From contig CAWDML010000001.1 of NCBI GenBank assembly GCA_963803435.1, forward strand, positions 1,792,001-1,856,000: a stretch of 64,000 nucleotides of DNA. The letters run 5' to 3'. The stretch is from an uncultured delta proteobacterium (GTDB lineage Bacteria > Myxococcota > Kuafuiibacteriia > Kuafuiibacteriales > Kuafuiibacteriaceae). Positions within the stretch are counted from its first letter, which is position 1; every line of letters starts with the position of its first letter. The translations under genes and the position numbers were made by a program. Below the pieces are notes generated by a model. The model worked only from the letters and a program-made list of their open reading frames with translations. It was not told the origin of the DNA and ran no database searches. This document shows positions 61,143-64,000 of the stretch, piece after piece.

Positions 61143-64000
61143 TCACTCGAAGACGTCGGTCCGCAGCATCAACACCACGTCGCGCTCGGGCAGCAGCCGC
61201 ATGAGGAAGGTCCGCTCCGAGTCCTTGCGATCGACCACCACCAGCAGCGCCGCAGGCACCGCCAGCCGGGGCGCGGAGGAGCCGTAGTAGTGCACCATCG
61301 AGTCGTACGCTCCCGGCACCGTCTTCCTCGCCTCGTAGAGCTCGGGGCCGAGGCCGTCGGTGGTGTCCCAGAACAGCTCTCCGCCGGTGCGGGTGGTCTT
61401 GTGCTGGTAGAAGCACTTCTCACCGGTCGGCTCGTACACCCACAGATCGATGTCCACTTGATCGCTCGACCAATGCGTGGTGAGCGCGAAGTCGGCAGGC
61501 TCGTCGCCCAGCTCCGCCAGGCGACCCCGGAGCGCCCGCTGATCGGCCGGAGACAGCGGCGCCCGCTCGAGGGCCGAGCGAAGGAGCCGGGCGTAGTGCG
61601 TGCGGGCGGTGGTGGTCAGCTCCTGATCGTGCCGCGCCCACTCGCGCGCCAGCAGAATCTCGTAGTTCTCGGCGGCGCGATCGATCTGCCCGGCCGCGTC
61701 GAGCGCGAGCGCCTCCTCGAGGTACGCCTCGCCCTCGAAGGGGCGAAGGATCCGTAGTCTCTCGAAGAGCTCCACCGCTGCGTCGTACTGAGCCAGCGCC
61801 AGGAGCGCGTAGCCGACCAGGCGCATCGACTCGCCGTGGCGCGGGCGCAGCTCCACCGCCGAGGACAACGCCCGCACCGCCCCGAACGTGTCGCCGGAGA
61901 GGGCGCGCGTGCGGGCGATCCGCTCGTAGAGAAGGTAGCTCATCTTCTCCTGGGCCCGCGCTCTCCGGTAGTCGACCTCTGCGGTCGCCCGCTCGGGGCC
62001 GCCCACGAAGGGGGCGTCGAGGAGCGGTTGCGGGAGGAGCTGGGGCGCGAGCCCGTCGGCTCGCTTCTTCAGGATCTGGAGCACCTCGAGGCCGTGCCCG
62101 GGGACGCCGTCGAGGGAGAGGCCCACCGCGTCGCGAGCCCGCGCGTCCCGCTCTTGCTCCCGGAGCTTCATCAGGTCGCCGAGCTCGACGGTCTCGTCGG
62201 CCAGCCGGTACTGCTCGACCTGAGCGTCGTTGTCGAGGATCAGGAACGAGGCGCGCGCGTTGGCGAGGCGGTAGTGCTGCGAGAGCGCGACGACCATCCG
62301 AATCGAGCCGGGGATCGTCGAGCGCGATCAAGCGGCGCACGTGCAACTCCGCGAAGGCGCGCGGAGCGAATCGATCGTCGACCGACGCGTCGCCGAGCGG
62401 CACCTCGAGCCTGTGCTCGGCGCCGCCGCCGGCCGCCCGGTAGCGAAGCACCAGCGCACCGGTGCCGCCGTCCGGCAGGCGCCCGCCGATGGCCAGGGCC
62501 TGACCGGGGAACAGCAACCTGGGGTCGCCGCTGATGGCCACGTCGACGGCGCGTGCGCCCTTCACCTCAACGCCGATCAACTCGGCCGGCGCGCGCCGAT
62601 GCGCGAGCGCGGCCCGCTCGAGCTCGGCCTCAGAGAGCATCGTGACCGTCTGCCCGCCCGACTCGCGGGAGAGCAGGTCGAACAGCGGGCGATCGCTCGA
62701 CTCCTCGCCGACCTGATAGGTGACGAAACGGACGTCGCGGACGATCGGGTAGCGCTGCGGCAGCGCCTCGGCCCGATCGAGACCCCAGGTGATGTGTCCG
62801 TCCGAGAGGAGGAAGACGGTGGTCTTCTGGCCGTCGACGGCCCAGCTGCGCTGGCGTGTCAGCTCGCTCAGCGCGCCCGCGAGGTTGGTGGCGCCTTCGA
62901 GGTACACGCGCTCCAGCTCGGCCGAGGTGGCCCGGCGATTCTCTGGCGTGTTGTCCCGCCACCCGATCCCGTGCAGCCAGCGCGGGCGCACGTCGAAGAG
63001 CATCACCGCGTACTGCTCGATGCTGGAGTCCTTCTCCAGGAGCGCGCGGATCAAGGCAGCGCGACGCCGGTACGCGTCGCCCTCCTCGGAGGAAAGCGAC
63101 GTGTCGATCATCAGGATCGCGCGTCCGGTCGCTCGATCGCCGGTCTCCTCGATCGCGGGCCTCACCATGGCGAAGAACGCGTCGCCCGGAAGGCCGCCCG
63201 GATCGCGCCCGCGCAGCACGACCTGCGGCGAGGCGGGCTCGACCGCCACCGACAGCTCGCGCCCAGGCGCAACGGACCCGATCGACCATCGCCGCCAAGA
63301 CCCCGGTGCCCGCTCGGGCAACGCCCTCGCACCCGACCCCGCTCGCGCTCGATCGCTCGCTGGGGCCACCGGAGCGTCCGTGGGGCCGGTGACCTTTCCG
63401 AAGCGGGTGTCAGCGAAGAGCTCGGCGGCACGCTCGACGATGCTCGGGTCGGCCGGCATCAGGAAACCGTAGCGATACGCGGAGCCGTCGAACGGCAGGG
63501 TCTGCTCGTACGCGACCACCACGCGCTTCAGGCTGTGGGGCTCGAGCGGGAACACGCGCGCCTCGAAGTCGCCGCCGCCGCCCAGCTCCATCAAGGCGGG
63601 ATCGACGTTCTTGCGCACGATGTCCTCGTATACCTGGCGTGCGCGCTGGTGGCCGACGACGCGGGCGGTCTTGGAGGCGCCCCAGTCGATCGTCCCCGTC
63701 TGCTTGCCGGACGAGTGCGCGGGCGCGGCCTCCTCGAGCGAGTCCGGATCGATCCGGTCGCCGAGCTCCGGCAACATGCGATGCGAGCGGAAGAACGTCT
63801 CACTCTCGACGCGCTGGGTGCCGTCGAACATCGCGAAGCCCGCCGGCGAAGCATCGGCCGGCATCGGCTGAAAGAAGGTGCCCTCGAGCCGGCGGTCGTG
63901 AGGATTCTCGAAGACGTAGTCGATGACCGTGCGGGCCCGCGATCCCTGGACGTGCACCACGACGCGGAGCGCCCGCGGCACGATCGCCTTCATGCCTCGA
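61143..64000 (-). CDS. VIT + vWA + TPR + DUF2135(YfaP)-like protein, 5'-partial, frameshift near 62300
   Basis: VIT (ARTVIDYVFENP...LEGTF; VDPALME...FEARVFP), vWA (IDTSLS, GATNL, LSDG), C-terminal DIDLWVYEPTGEKCFY...DTTDGLGPE. Confidence 0.85.

Overview
GC-rich bacterial chromosome segment, probably Myxococcota-like (Cys-rich lipoproteins, PilY1-like adhesin, AgmX/PglI-like C-terminal domain, Ser/Thr kinase, FecR-PEGA-TPR anti-sigma). It holds about 50 genes, mostly housekeeping or envelope: fusA, glnB-glnA, tyrA-CM, aroF, a phospho-sugar mutase, GST and an HD hydrolase. I saw no rRNA, tRNA or CRISPR array. Two things stand out. (1) Three differently decayed copies of one composite mobile element (16609-17851, 41345-42711, 57849-~59528). 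It pairs an IS1182-family transposase with a divergent four-helix-bundle (23S rRNA IVP/Avd-like) gene inside ~65 bp inverted repeats built from a hairpin plus GGGACC-type hexamers. Every copy sits at a CTAG containing a host TAG stop codon. (2) A probable operon of a protein with four tandem HTH-like repeats, an Rrf2 regulator with three Cys (SUF-regulator type, no suf genes adjacent) and an RpoD-like sigma, preceded by an IscR-type-1-like palindrome. Smaller signals are a RegA/RegR-like box shared by two putative metal-binding envelope loci, an ECF42-type promoter before a DGPF protein, a GNAT-HDAC fusion after glnA, and a CxxCH motif in the PilY1-like protein. Frameshifts in fusA, glnA, the SEC-C, AAA and VIT genes look like consensus errors. 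All calls are by eye from motifs; no searches were run.
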